A stretch of 46,907 bases of DNA from a virus (taxonomy: Duplodnaviria; Heunggongvirae; Uroviricota; Caudoviricetes), in the IMG/VR virus record IMGVR_UViG_2651869724_000014; one strand, given 5' to 3'. Every line of letters begins with the position of its first letter. The first letter of the stretch is position 1. The position numbers and the translations under genes are program-made. Positions 25,412 through 34,907 of the stretch are shown here, piece after piece. The notes under the pieces are model-generated. The model had not been told where the DNA came from, searched no databases, and saw nothing but the letters and a program-made list of their open reading frames with translations.

Positions 25412-26875
25412 TTATCTACACGCATATAACCTTCTTATATTACTATAACAGTGCTCGTTCTTACTACCACTACAACGTCGTTCATCGTATTCAGCGATTA
25501 AAGTTCCAGATATATAACCAAACTGAGGACTATACGTTGATCCCGGGCAGGCACATGTCCCAGTGTCACTATTCGGTATAACGCATTTATAACCAGAGAT
25601 TTGATCTGTTATTGTGATAAAAATACCTTTCAGACCATCACCACTTGCTGTCTGCCATTTACCACTGACACACGATAACATCCTACCCGCACTGTCTCGC
25701 CCCACCAGACCATTAGGCGTATATTTCGCATTTAACGTTGCCTGACCATTCAAATGAAGATATTCACCTGCTTTGATTCTGCCTGTTGATTCAATTGTTC
25801 CGTTGGATTTTATCGTTCCGGCAGTAAGATTACCTGAAGCATAAATATTACCCGCATTATTCATGTAAGCTTTAACTGTTTTCCCGGTTCCTACACCAAC
25901 AGTCCCTGACGCATATAAATCATAGGTGCGAACACCGCCAGCCCAGCCAGCAGGCAGATCGTTTGGATTAAGTCCATTCGTCGCGATACGACTACCAAAC
26001 TTCGCCAGACCTGTTGTTGAAAGCGTGTTCAGATAGGTATCGGATTTTACCCTCAGATTGTTGTTGATATTTACAGGACCATTAAGGGTCGAGGTTCCAC
26101 CCACACTCAGATCTGATGCAACAGACGCATTACCCGTTGTCTTAAGTGCTCCCGTTGTTGTTGTTCCTGATGCCGTCATATCTTTGATGTTTTTGATGCT
26201 CTTACCACCAAGATTCAGATCACCCGTCATCGGCAACGTCCCATCACGGCGCAGGTAAACAGAATACATTGAAGAGTTATACCCCACGCGGTAAGCCAGC
26301 AATCCACCACCCGTGATGTTATTGTAGCTGTTAGAGTTCTCACTCCACTGACCACCATAACCAGAAGCGATCTTGGTGCTTCTGCTCATACCACCATCAA
26401 CACCTGCCGCCTGAACCGCTTTACCTAACAGGTCATAACGAATACGACCACCTTCTTCCCACGGGCTGGCGGTTGTTATAAGGCCATTAATCACGTAATT
26501 AGGCGCGGTTCCTGAACGCTTTAACACAATTTTGTAAGATGCTTTTTGCGCGTTAGTTCCTGTATAGCCTACAGGCAACAAACCTTCATTAATTAACGTC
26601 TGGTAAGTGATTTCACAGCCATTAGACGTACAGGTTCTTGGCCCCGGATCGCTGCTTTGATTATTGGATGATGACAGTGTGGATATCTTGTCATAGCGAA
26701 TACTGATATAGCGGTTAACCGCTTCTCCAAGCTGTTTAATCTGTGTTCCGACATTATCAGCCAATACCGCTTCCTGATTGTTTCTCATATCCTGAAATTT
26801 CATAAAAGCGATAAGCGTTCCAATACCTAAAACAATACTGACTTCCAGTAAGGTAAATCCTTTATTCTTTATCAT
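25412..26875 (-). CDS. pilV: PilV-like type IVb minor pilin / tip adhesin
   Basis: Prepilin leader MIKNKG|FTLLEVSIVLGIG and a long Gly/Thr/Asn-rich body, as in R64-type thin-pilus PilV. Confidence 0.8.
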   Translation of the reverse strand: MIKNKGFTLLEVSIVLGIGTLIAFMKFQDMRNNQEAVLADNVGTQIKQLGEAVNRYISIRYDKISTLSSSNNQSSDPGPRTCTSNGCEITYQTLINEGLLPVGYTGTNAQKASYKIVLKRSGTAPNYVINGLITTASPWEEGGRIRYDLLGKAVQAAGVDGGMSRSTKIASGYGGQWSENSNSYNNITGGGLLAYRVGYNSSMYSVYLRRDGTLPMTGDLNLGGKSIKNIKDMTASGTTTTGALKTTGNASVASDLSVGGTSTLNGPVNINNNLRVKSDTYLNTLSTTGLAKFGSRIATNGLNPNDLPAGWAGGVRTYDLYASGTVGVGTGKTVKAYMNNAGNIYASGNLTAGTIKSNGTIESTGRIKAGEYLHLNGQATLNAKYTPNGLVGRDSAGRMLSCVSGKWQTASGDGLKGIFITITDQISGYKCVIPNSDTGTCACPGSTYSPQFGYISGTLIAEYDERRCSGSKNEHCYSNIRRLYACR

Positions 26876-26927
26876 AATTATCTCCCTGTTTTAGCAATAA
26901 GAAAGAAAAGGGCTTACGCCCTCTTCA

Positions 26928-27485
26928 TTAAATAGACGTGAAAACTAATGTATTACTTGTGGCATTCGTACATGCTGCTGCCGTAGCTGCCACATCGAGT
27001 GTTCCTCCTGCGGCTTTAACAACCTTGGTTCCAACCGTGGTAATGTAGAAATTACCTGCTGCCGCTGTTGCAATCTTCACACATTCCGCTGCTGGCACAT
27101 TATCGTAGGTGATAGTGAAAGAAGAGCCAGTCGCTGATGACGGACCAGTCGCTGCCGCAGCCAGCGTCACATTACCTTTAAAGGCATTGATGGGTTTAGC
27201 TGCCGTTCCTGACCCACTTAACATATTGTCAGGGAATATTTTTGCCTGAACAGCCACAGTATTTGTCAGGCCAGTAAAGCTTGATGCCGACGTGTATAAC
27301 GCTTTAACACCTGCCTGTATGGTGGCAATGTTATTGGATTCTGCCTGTGCTCTTTGTGAAGCCTGAACCTTGGGATACACAATAAAAGCCGCTACCACTA
27401 ATGCAGCAATGATGCCCAAAACAAGTAGTAGTTCGAGTAGTGAGAAACCTTTCTTGCTTTTTCTTTTGTTATTTAATAAAACCAT
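26928..27485 (-). CDS. pilS: PilS-like type IVb major pilin
   Basis: Leader ...KRKSKKG|FSLLELLLVLGIIAALVVAAF. About 185 aa, Ala/Thr-rich. Confidence 0.8.
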   Translation of the reverse strand: MVLLNNKRKSKKGFSLLELLLVLGIIAALVVAAFIVYPKVQASQRAQAESNNIATIQAGVKALYTSASSFTGLTNTVAVQAKIFPDNMLSGSGTAAKPINAFKGNVTLAAAATGPSSATGSSFTITYDNVPAAECVKIATAAAGNFYITTVGTKVVKAAGGTLDVAATAAACTNATSNTLVFTSI

Positions 27486-27594
27486 TATTATCTCCTTTTT
27501 TGTTTTAATGATAACTTCTGTTATAACGCTTCTCTCATATCTGGCAATAGAAATAACAAGATATATTTAACTCTGTCTGACAGACGGATGAATT

Positions 27595-27620
27595 AAAAAA
27601 GGCAAAGATTTCTCTTTGCC
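27595..27620 (-). terminator. Terminator after the 104-aa gene
   Basis: Minus strand: ggcaaag-agaaat-ctttgcc followed by TTTTTT. Confidence 0.5.
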
Positions 27621-27882
27621 TTCCGGGAGATTTAAAAACAACATTTGTTATCACTACTACTGTCATTATTACTTCCTCATGGGATATTTATCATATCTGA
27701 TAAAAAAGAAATAATAACGTTCACTACATAAAGATAAAAATTAACAGATTACTGGTCGAACAGAACGCATGATTGAAAAGGAAAAAATATTAATAAAGGA
27801 TTATCCTGCGTTCTGTTCTTTTATATAGATAACAGATAATAATCAGATATCAATACCTGACTCAAAATAAATTTAAAGATTT

Positions 27883-28197
27883 TTATTTTTGTCTTCCCTC
27901 CATTTGCGCGAGAAACTTCCTGCCTGCTTTTATATATGTTATTTTTTCAATATCATTCAGGTCAGATGCTGAAAGCAAAATCCCCATAACGAGTTCTTTA
28001 TCCACCTGTTCGATATCGCAATGCATAGCTTTAGCTACTTCCGCACCAAGTATAATCTTTAGCCTTGTTTCAACTTTCTTTCGCTCTGATTTCTCCAGAG
28101 ACTTAAGGCGATTAAGTTCAAGCTGAGCAAAAGCAACCTTTTGCTTTAATGTTTTTTCTGTTCTTGGTCTTTTTATATTATCATCCATAGTTATCAC
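27883..28197 (-). CDS. Putative relaxosome accessory protein (TraD/MobC-like)
   Basis: Divergent from the relaxase. The ERKKVETRLKIILGAEVAKA block resembles small TraD-type accessory proteins (from memory). Confidence 0.45.
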   Translation of the reverse strand: MITMDDNIKRPRTEKTLKQKVAFAQLELNRLKSLEKSERKKVETRLKIILGAEVAKAMHCDIEQVDKELVMGILLSASDLNDIEKITYIKAGRKFLAQMEGRQK

Positions 28198-28834
28198 CTC
28201 TTGTTGTTTACACGTATTTAATTATCACAAAGAGAAATAACGTCAAATTTACACCATTTTGTTAGAGAGAATGATTCTGATACATTTCTTTATAAATATG
28301 TGCAACGCATATGATAGTATTCACTAACCAAAAACATCTGGCACTCTCCGCGTTACTTATTTTTACGCATTTGTGCTTTTATTTTCACCTGTCAATTTTA
28401 AACTCTATTTTCCAATCTCAACCTGTAAATTGTGCAACACATAACACTCTCTGTTTTATTAGTTTTTTTTCATCAAATTTAGCTATCCCGCCTTACGGCG
28501 GGAATAATTAATACTTCTATTGCCCTTACGGGCCTTTTCTTTACTCTTTTTGTCCTGTGGACGTGAAACCTACACCTTTAATCCAGTTTGCGCCGCTTAA
28601 CCCGGCGTATTATTTTACAACCATACATATATTTCGTATTAATTAATAAGAGGGGCATTTTACATTGGCTTATTTTCTTAAAGACAATGCCCACCTATAC
28701 ACTGCTACGCAGTGTGTGGGGTCTACCGACGGTTGCCTGCCGCAGGCTAAAAGCAAAACCAAGGTCAACGTCAACCCCGAAGTTTTTCTGGCGAAAAACT
28801 AACAGCAGCATTTTTATTTGAGGTTATATTTTTA
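28198..28834. other. Candidate oriT region between the divergent accessory and relaxase genes
   Basis: Direct repeat tgtgcaac(g/a)cata (about 28298 and 28431). Hairpins: cccgcc-ttac-ggcggg (28486-28501), gccc-ttac-gggc (28522-28533), acactgc-ta-cgcagtgt (about 28699-28717). Confidence 0.3.
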
Positions 28835-30304
28835 ATGGCGATTTTCCATCTGGATTTTAAAATTGTGAAACGAAGCGAGGGCATGACTTCCGTTGCGAAA
28901 GCTGCCTACCATGCCCGTACACGTATTACAGATGATCGCATTGGCGAAACATTTGATTTCAGCCACAGAACAGATCTTCATGGTCATATTATATTAGCGC
29001 CCGTTTCCGCACCTGCTCATATTATTGAAAGCTCCTCAGCACTCTGGAATGAAGTTGAAAGAGTGGAACGCCAGAACAACGGTCAAACAGCCCGTTATTT
29101 TGATGTCGCTATTCCCGTAGAACTCAACAATGATGACAAGAAAAAATTGGTTGCCGAATACTGCCAGAAGAACTTTGTTGATAAAGGAATGATTGCTGAT
29201 ATCGCATTCCATGACTTAGACAGTAAGAACCCACACGCTCACGTCATGTTAACCCTGAAAACCATCGGGCCCGAAGGCTTCGGTAAAAAAGACAGAACTT
29301 GGAATGATAAGAAGATGGTTGTTCAGTGGCGTGAGTCGTGGGCCACGATGTCAAACAGCTACCTTGAAGCCGCAGGCAGTGAAGAACGTATCGATCACCG
29401 TTCTCTCAGAACTCAATGTGCTGATGCCCTTGCTCAGGCAGAAGAAGCATTCAGTGCTGAAGAGAAAGCATTCTGGCTTGCCAAAGCAACGGAAACAAAC
29501 CGCCCGGCAATGCAGCGTGTTCATCGTGCTAAATGGAATGATACCGAGTCTCAGGAACAACGAGCTGCTGAACAAGCTCAACGCGATCATCAAATTGAGG
29601 AAGCAAAGAAGGTCTACGCCACATTCAGTGAGCTACCACTGGAAATCGTTGTTGATGTTCGCTCTTACTCTGTTTACCAGCTTCCTGAACCGGAAGAGAT
29701 CGTTCTCCCTGACTACCCGGCAACAACAAAGCAGCAACCGATTCATGCAGAGTCAGAACCATACAGAAGACCAGCCGTAAAATCTTACCATGCCCCCAAT
29801 AAGGTCAGTAAAGTTGGTGCTGCAGCTAAGAAATCCCCTGTTCTGGTTGCACCTGAACCAAATAAATCCACTAAACTGAAAAACCCTTCTTCTCAAAACA
29901 CCAGAGCGATGAAGCGTGCTCCTGTGAGGAGTAGGAAACAGACCAAGCCCCGCCAGAATGGTTTGTTTAAACGTTTCACGCTACTGATAGTAGGATATAT
30001 AAGAGAGAAATTTATATGGGCCAGAATGAAACCCGATACCACTGATGCTGACCATGATAAGCGTATCGCAGAGAACTATGTCTATGATGAAGTGCTGGGT
30101 GTCAATGTTCCACGCTCAGAGTTTGAAAAACGTACCAAATTTAACGATAGTAACTATAAATTAACACCTAATGAGATCAAGCGTTTCCCAAGCCGTCCTA
30201 AGCGAGTTCAATTAGAGTCAGAGAGCGGTATGGATGTCCTCCCTAAAAATAATCAATTTAACTCGTCAAAAATAAACTTCGTCAAACCAAATTTTAGATC
30301 ATAA
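28835..30304 (+). CDS. MobA/MobL-family (MOBQ-type) relaxase
   Basis: MAIFHLDFKIVKRSEGMTSVAKAAYHARTRI (catalytic Tyr region) and FHDLDSKNPHAHVMLT (HxDx..PHxH metal site). Confidence 0.9.
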   Translation: MAIFHLDFKIVKRSEGMTSVAKAAYHARTRITDDRIGETFDFSHRTDLHGHIILAPVSAPAHIIESSSALWNEVERVERQNNGQTARYFDVAIPVELNNDDKKKLVAEYCQKNFVDKGMIADIAFHDLDSKNPHAHVMLTLKTIGPEGFGKKDRTWNDKKMVVQWRESWATMSNSYLEAAGSEERIDHRSLRTQCADALAQAEEAFSAEEKAFWLAKATETNRPAMQRVHRAKWNDTESQEQRAAEQAQRDHQIEEAKKVYATFSELPLEIVVDVRSYSVYQLPEPEEIVLPDYPATTKQQPIHAESEPYRRPAVKSYHAPNKVSKVGAAAKKSPVLVAPEPNKSTKLKNPSSQNTRAMKRAPVRSRKQTKPRQNGLFKRFTLLIVGYIREKFIWARMKPDTTDADHDKRIAENYVYDEVLGVNVPRSEFEKRTKFNDSNYKLTPNEIKRFPSRPKRVQLESESGMDVLPKNNQFNSSKINFVKPNFRS

Positions 30305-30412
30305 AATTACAGATGATTATCAATTGCAATATGAACAAGATTTTGTTATGTTTTATTTCACATGGATCTTGAATGCCCCCATCTTATTCAAAGATAGTAT
30401 CAAAGGAAAATT

Positions 30413-31933
30413 ATGATTAGTGAAATCACAACAAATGGCACTAAAATTAAACTAAGAAATAATAGTGCTAATGATATTAATATTTATGATATGGATTCTT
30501 TATCTTTACTTATTGGTATAAATGGTTCAGGGAAGACAAAATCCTTATGTAGCATAATTAACTATTTCTTTCCTAAAAATAACATGCAATTAACAGGCGA
30601 TTGTACAATATTAAACTCTAGCGGTGAAAGAATAGATCATACTGAAATTAGAAACTGGGGAGTTATATATTTCACCCCATTACCATTTAGACCAAAGTTG
30701 AATATTAGAGATAGTAGGTTTATTAACGCATCTCCAAGCTTGAATGGAAAAAATACTGTATTTGACCTTATCGAATACAAGGATTTAATATCTGACTTTG
30801 ATATTTATCCAAAAGTTGTTGCCATGAAGATGACAAACATTAGCAAAGTTGCAAGATTAATACTTAATATCGCTTTAAATAATAAAGATCTTAATCAGAA
30901 CAGCATACTACTGAATCACGGTCTCCTTGATATTTTGTCATTACGTGCAAAAATTGATGATAATATAGATAATGACGATTCAGACACTATAAAATATAGT
31001 ACCAATAAAAATATTCAAGCAGAAATTGATTCTATTATGCAGCGTTGCTCCGCGCATCTGATTGATGAAATACTTCATCGCGCAGGTGAAGAAAAACTCT
31101 TTTCCATATTTAGCATAATAGATTGGGCAAGTACAAAAAAACAGTTCAGTGATAACGTAGTAATTCCATTATTAAACAAACACTTAAATTTAAACATCCG
31201 TTCAAATAGAAAACTCAGAGAGACTAAATTATATTTAGAATGTGAAAGCAAAATAGATAGTTTACTTAATATTATAAAATATGAGGTAAAAAACCATGAA
31301 ATCATAAAGGATTCAAGACTTAATGAATCAACTTTAAGGTTAGAATTCGAAATAGACCCTTACGAAGGACAAAGGTTATTAACAAGATACAATTTGAATG
31401 ATATTTTTAAAATTGATTTTTCTGATATGAGTTCTGGGCAAATTGCTATTCTAGCTCAAATTGGCGCCATCTCTGACTCTATTACTAAACTGTCAGATAG
31501 AGGTATCAGATCAATACTACTATTAATAGATGAAGGGGACGCTTTTTTACATATCGATTGGCAAAGGAAATATATTTCTAATTTAAATAAAATGCTAGGC
31601 TCATTAAAAACATCTCTGGGCATAGATAATTTACAACTTATTCTAGCCTCGCACTCTCCATTGTTAGCCACAGACGTTCCCAAAGACTTTATAACTAGAC
31701 TACCAATTGAAAATGCTACGTTAAGTGGTTTTGCATCTCCTCTTTATATTTTACTAAATGAATCTTTTGGAACTAAAACCATTGGAGAATTTGCAACAAA
31801 TAAAATTGAAACCATCATCGACAAAATACCTAATAGAATACTGACTGAAAAAGATTATTACCTTATAAATAATATAGACAACCCTCTAATAAAAAGCGAA
31901 ATCGAACGCTTAATTATGCAGCATAAGGATTGA
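30413..31933 (+). CDS. Septu PtuA-like ABC/AAA_15-type ATPase
   Basis: Walker A GINGSGKT, signature MSSGQ, Walker B LLLIDEGDAFLH and an H-loop ASHSP. Confidence 0.8.
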   Translation: MISEITTNGTKIKLRNNSANDINIYDMDSLSLLIGINGSGKTKSLCSIINYFFPKNNMQLTGDCTILNSSGERIDHTEIRNWGVIYFTPLPFRPKLNIRDSRFINASPSLNGKNTVFDLIEYKDLISDFDIYPKVVAMKMTNISKVARLILNIALNNKDLNQNSILLNHGLLDILSLRAKIDDNIDNDDSDTIKYSTNKNIQAEIDSIMQRCSAHLIDEILHRAGEEKLFSIFSIIDWASTKKQFSDNVVIPLLNKHLNLNIRSNRKLRETKLYLECESKIDSLLNIIKYEVKNHEIIKDSRLNESTLRLEFEIDPYEGQRLLTRYNLNDIFKIDFSDMSSGQIAILAQIGAISDSITKLSDRGIRSILLLIDEGDAFLHIDWQRKYISNLNKMLGSLKTSLGIDNLQLILASHSPLLATDVPKDFITRLPIENATLSGFASPLYILLNESFGTKTIGEFATNKIETIIDKIPNRILTEKDYYLINNIDNPLIKSEIERLIMQHKD

Positions 31934-31945
31934 AGGTCTTCATAT

Positions 31946-32878
31946 ATGATTATTTCAATTAAAAACAACTGGGAAAAAGCAATAAAATTACATACACATT
32001 ATTTAAATAATTTGATATGCAACTTTTTAAATAAATCCATTCCTAGTTCTGAAGGACGAGACGAAGCTAAAAAATTTATTCTAGATGTGCATCACCTATT
32101 AATACTTGCCGGTAAACAAGATATATTGGAGAGTATTGATATATATAGAGAGTACAAACACAGATTGTCAATAACGCCGGATATATCGAAGCAATTCGAC
32201 AAAGAAATAAGATCTATTTTTAATTACAATAAGTTTGTTAGGAAAACAGGATCATGGAATGCATATACTCTATGTAAAAAATCAATAAGCAGAACATGTC
32301 CGTATTGCAATCAAGCATATGCTTTTTCGATACAAAAAAAGAATCGCGGTTTTCGTCCTACATTAGATCATTTTTATAGTAAGGATGACTTTCCTCACCT
32401 TGCATTGGTAATTAACAATTTAATCCCAAGTTGTAGTTCATGTAACTCAAGCCTTAAAGGCACAATTGATTTCTTCGCAAATGAACATTTAAACCCACTG
32501 TGGGATGATGAAGTTATAAATTTCGTTTTAACTCATGAGGATGGTGTTTTAACATTAATAGACGGAATGATTTCATCACCAGAAAAAATAAAAATAAACA
32601 TATCTTACGATACTACAAATATTTCAATTAAAAACACAGTAAATACTTTTTTGATAAACGAAAGATATCAAGAAATGACAATAGAAGCAATAGAATTTGC
32701 AACTGCCAAATTAAATCTTGAATATGCCGTATCTACTGGAATATCATATTTCAAAAATAACTCAGAAAGTAGTATATTAAGATTTGACAAAAGAGAATAT
32801 AAAAAATATTTGCTCGGTAAATTATATTTAGATATATATAATAAAATGCCAAATGCAAATATAGTTAACACTCGTTAA
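31946..32878 (+). CDS. Septu PtuB-like HNH nuclease
   Basis: CPYCNQAY...LDHFYSKDDFPHLALVINNLIPSCSSCNSSLKG. 13 nt after the ATPase gene. Confidence 0.75.
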   Translation: MIISIKNNWEKAIKLHTHYLNNLICNFLNKSIPSSEGRDEAKKFILDVHHLLILAGKQDILESIDIYREYKHRLSITPDISKQFDKEIRSIFNYNKFVRKTGSWNAYTLCKKSISRTCPYCNQAYAFSIQKKNRGFRPTLDHFYSKDDFPHLALVINNLIPSCSSCNSSLKGTIDFFANEHLNPLWDDEVINFVLTHEDGVLTLIDGMISSPEKIKINISYDTTNISIKNTVNTFLINERYQEMTIEAIEFATAKLNLEYAVSTGISYFKNNSESSILRFDKREYKKYLLGKLYLDIYNKMPNANIVNTR

Positions 32879-32977
32879 CTTCACGAATGAATAAGAAAAA
32901 ATTAAATTCATATGAGGGCAGCAACTCGCCCTCATAAGCCCCTAGCCATGCTCGTCACAGATCTTTAGAGGGAACTG

Positions 32978-33508
32978 TTAATTGGCTCTCCAGCCATTGC
33001 TGGTTTTAACAAGATTCATGGCACCATCAGCAGAATCATTCATTCCTTTAACGCTGGCGAAGGCTTTTTTGTCAATCCAGCCCGGAACGTCAACCAACTT
33101 CCATGTATAAGTCACGCGAACTACTTTCTGATTACCGTTTCCCGGCTCCGTCCATTCCTTAATCTCATCAACAGCACGACGACCAACACAGGCACCGTCT
33201 GCTGTGCTCCAGACTTTGGCTTTTTTGCCTTCCTCTGTTATCCCTAATACGTTCGAGTCATAGCCCTGTTCAAAAACCATCAGGCCCTGCTCAATAAAAC
33301 CGTCGAGGATCACTGAATTGGTCCCTGTGCCAGTCGAATCACGTAGTGGCTTGGCAAGACGGATGGGGAAGCTGGTGTTATTGTTATCCAGCGAGAAGCA
33401 GTATTTGCCCTGCCCAATCTTGGCATTAATCGCTTTCTCAAACTCACCTTTCTCACCACATCCCGCCAGTGCCAGAGCTGCGCCAGCAACGAGTAAAATC
33501 TTCTTCAT
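32978..33508 (-). CDS. Lipoprotein of unknown function
   Basis: MKKILLVAGAALALAG|C lipobox. The ATG at 33508 is preferred. Confidence 0.75.
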   Translation of the reverse strand: MKKILLVAGAALALAGCGEKGEFEKAINAKIGQGKYCFSLDNNNTSFPIRLAKPLRDSTGTGTNSVILDGFIEQGLMVFEQGYDSNVLGITEEGKKAKVWSTADGACVGRRAVDEIKEWTEPGNGNQKVVRVTYTWKLVDVPGWIDKKAFASVKGMNDSADGAMNLVKTSNGWRAN

Positions 33509-33667
33509 CTGCTTATCCATCCTGATAATCAAAGTGCCTAAATTTTTGACCTAATCCGGTCAGGGCTAGAGTTGTTGCGGGGTCCGGCTGATATCACATG
33601 GCAAAATCACCGCTTAACCAATTGATAGGATTCAATTCTTTTAGCGTCTCGTCATATCGTTTAAAAC

Positions 33668-33806
33668 GATCAAAAACAACCTTATAATAGCTTCCATCTA
33701 TCATAAATAAATATTCGATCGATTATAACAATTAATCACCGATCGATATCGCACATTCAATCGCTATAATCTATCAATAACTCATTATCGATCTTTTATA
33801 TCGATC
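33668..33806. promoter_or_regulatory. Cluster of five GATC sites embedded in (T)CGATCG(AT) motifs in a divergent promoter region
   Basis: GATC at 33668, 33717, 33741, 33790 and 33803, within about 140 bp of AT-rich DNA. Confidence 0.3.
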
Positions 33807-33925
33807 GTAATTTCAAGTTCTGATAGCCTTGCAACGCCGAGACCGATGCCATGAGTTTGGTGCTGTAGGACGTATAAAACGTAGCAAAGCTCTGTGAGCG
33901 GGTTCAGTCTCTTTAACTCATTAAC

Positions 33926-34414
33926 ATGGAGGAAGTAAGAGTGGAAGCAACAGGTATCGTATTTTTAGTAGTGCTCTTCGTCATTATCATGACCGCAGCG
34001 GATATACAAAAGAAAAAACACTACAACAGCTTCACGGAAGTTCTGGACGGCGACATTCTTTCGTATGAATGCCAGCAGACAGGTATTGTAATTGATACTC
34101 AAAAACATACTGTCCGTATTTTCAATAAAGATAAAGACAGCACATATACTTTTGATCAAATTCGAGAAATAAATTATACGCTTTCAGAGGGGGGTAAGTT
34201 TTATGGCAATGGAACATTACGAGGTATGAATAATGCGGCTATTGCTAACTGGAGAGAACAACTTTCAGCTAATAAACGGTCTGGCCTAAATATTTTAACC
34301 GATGATATTAAAAATCCCATGTGGAAAGTTAATGTCCCCTTGAAAAATAAAAGCACTTCAAATCACGAACTTTGCGAGCGATGGATGCTGGTATTTAAAA
34401 AGTATGTTTTCTGA
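33926..34414 (+). CDS. Hypothetical N-terminally membrane-anchored protein
   Basis: TM segment GIVFLVVLFVIIMTAA. No family recognised. Confidence 0.5.
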   Translation: MEEVRVEATGIVFLVVLFVIIMTAADIQKKKHYNSFTEVLDGDILSYECQQTGIVIDTQKHTVRIFNKDKDSTYTFDQIREINYTLSEGGKFYGNGTLRGMNNAAIANWREQLSANKRSGLNILTDDIKNPMWKVNVPLKNKSTSNHELCERWMLVFKKYVF

Positions 34415-34445
34415 GTCTCACCTTTCATCTATTTATGGAACAAAA

Positions 34446-34823
34446 ATGAAAAAATTATTACTTGCTATTTTTATCATATTACCACTTGGTGGCTGTACCG
34501 TTCATGGTAATAAATCCCTAACTGATGAAAATCATCAGACGGTTAAAGTTAAAATCGTCAATGGAAAAACAACCCAACAAGAAATTCTTGCTGCCTTGGG
34601 AGAGCCTCAGACACGCGCTACGAATGATGGACAGGAGATGTGGAACTACTCAAGTATGACGGGAGAAAGCCAACTATCTAACTACATACCGGGCCTTGCT
34701 CTGTTGACCAATAGCAGCACGGCACACATTAAATCACTGGATATCTGGTTTAAGGGTGATGTTGTGGAACGTTATGATTTTCGTCAGACCGCAAGTAAGA
34801 CTTCTCGCGGTTTGATGGATTAA
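34446..34823 (+). CDS. SmpA/OmlA (BamE-like) lipoprotein
   Basis: MKKLLLAIFIILPLGG|C, followed by the GKTTQQEILAALGEPQ block typical of the BamE fold. Confidence 0.65.
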   Translation: MKKLLLAIFIILPLGGCTVHGNKSLTDENHQTVKVKIVNGKTTQQEILAALGEPQTRATNDGQEMWNYSSMTGESQLSNYIPGLALLTNSSTAHIKSLDIWFKGDVVERYDFRQTASKTSRGLMD

Positions 34824-34907
34824 AAATACTATTACCATCATAACGTATTATGCGTTAATTATATATTCAGGAGTTAGACACTAACTCCTGCATTAAGTAA
34901 TCCTATT

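Noticed and set aside
25300-25620. Shufflon at the 3' end of pilV, and track ORF 25360-25581
   Set aside because: There are no repeated 19-bp sfx-like sites, no alternative C-terminal segments and no rci recombinase. The plus-strand ORF merely overlaps the pilV 3' end antisense.
28311-28821. Track ORFs 28311-28511 and 28588-28821 (plus strand)
   Set aside because: They lie in the hairpin-rich divergent promoter/oriT-type region. They lack an RBS and have low-complexity translations, so they are more likely non-coding.
29304-29780. 158-aa alternative-frame ORF and an 80-aa antisense ORF inside the relaxase gene
   Set aside because: The relaxase frame is continuous through this region. The alternative frames have no independent support.
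30413-32878. Retron-associated PtuAB (retron type I-A)
   Set aside because: No reverse-transcriptase ORF lies within several kb, and no msr/msd-like inverted repeat pair lies upstream. Called stand-alone Septu-like instead.
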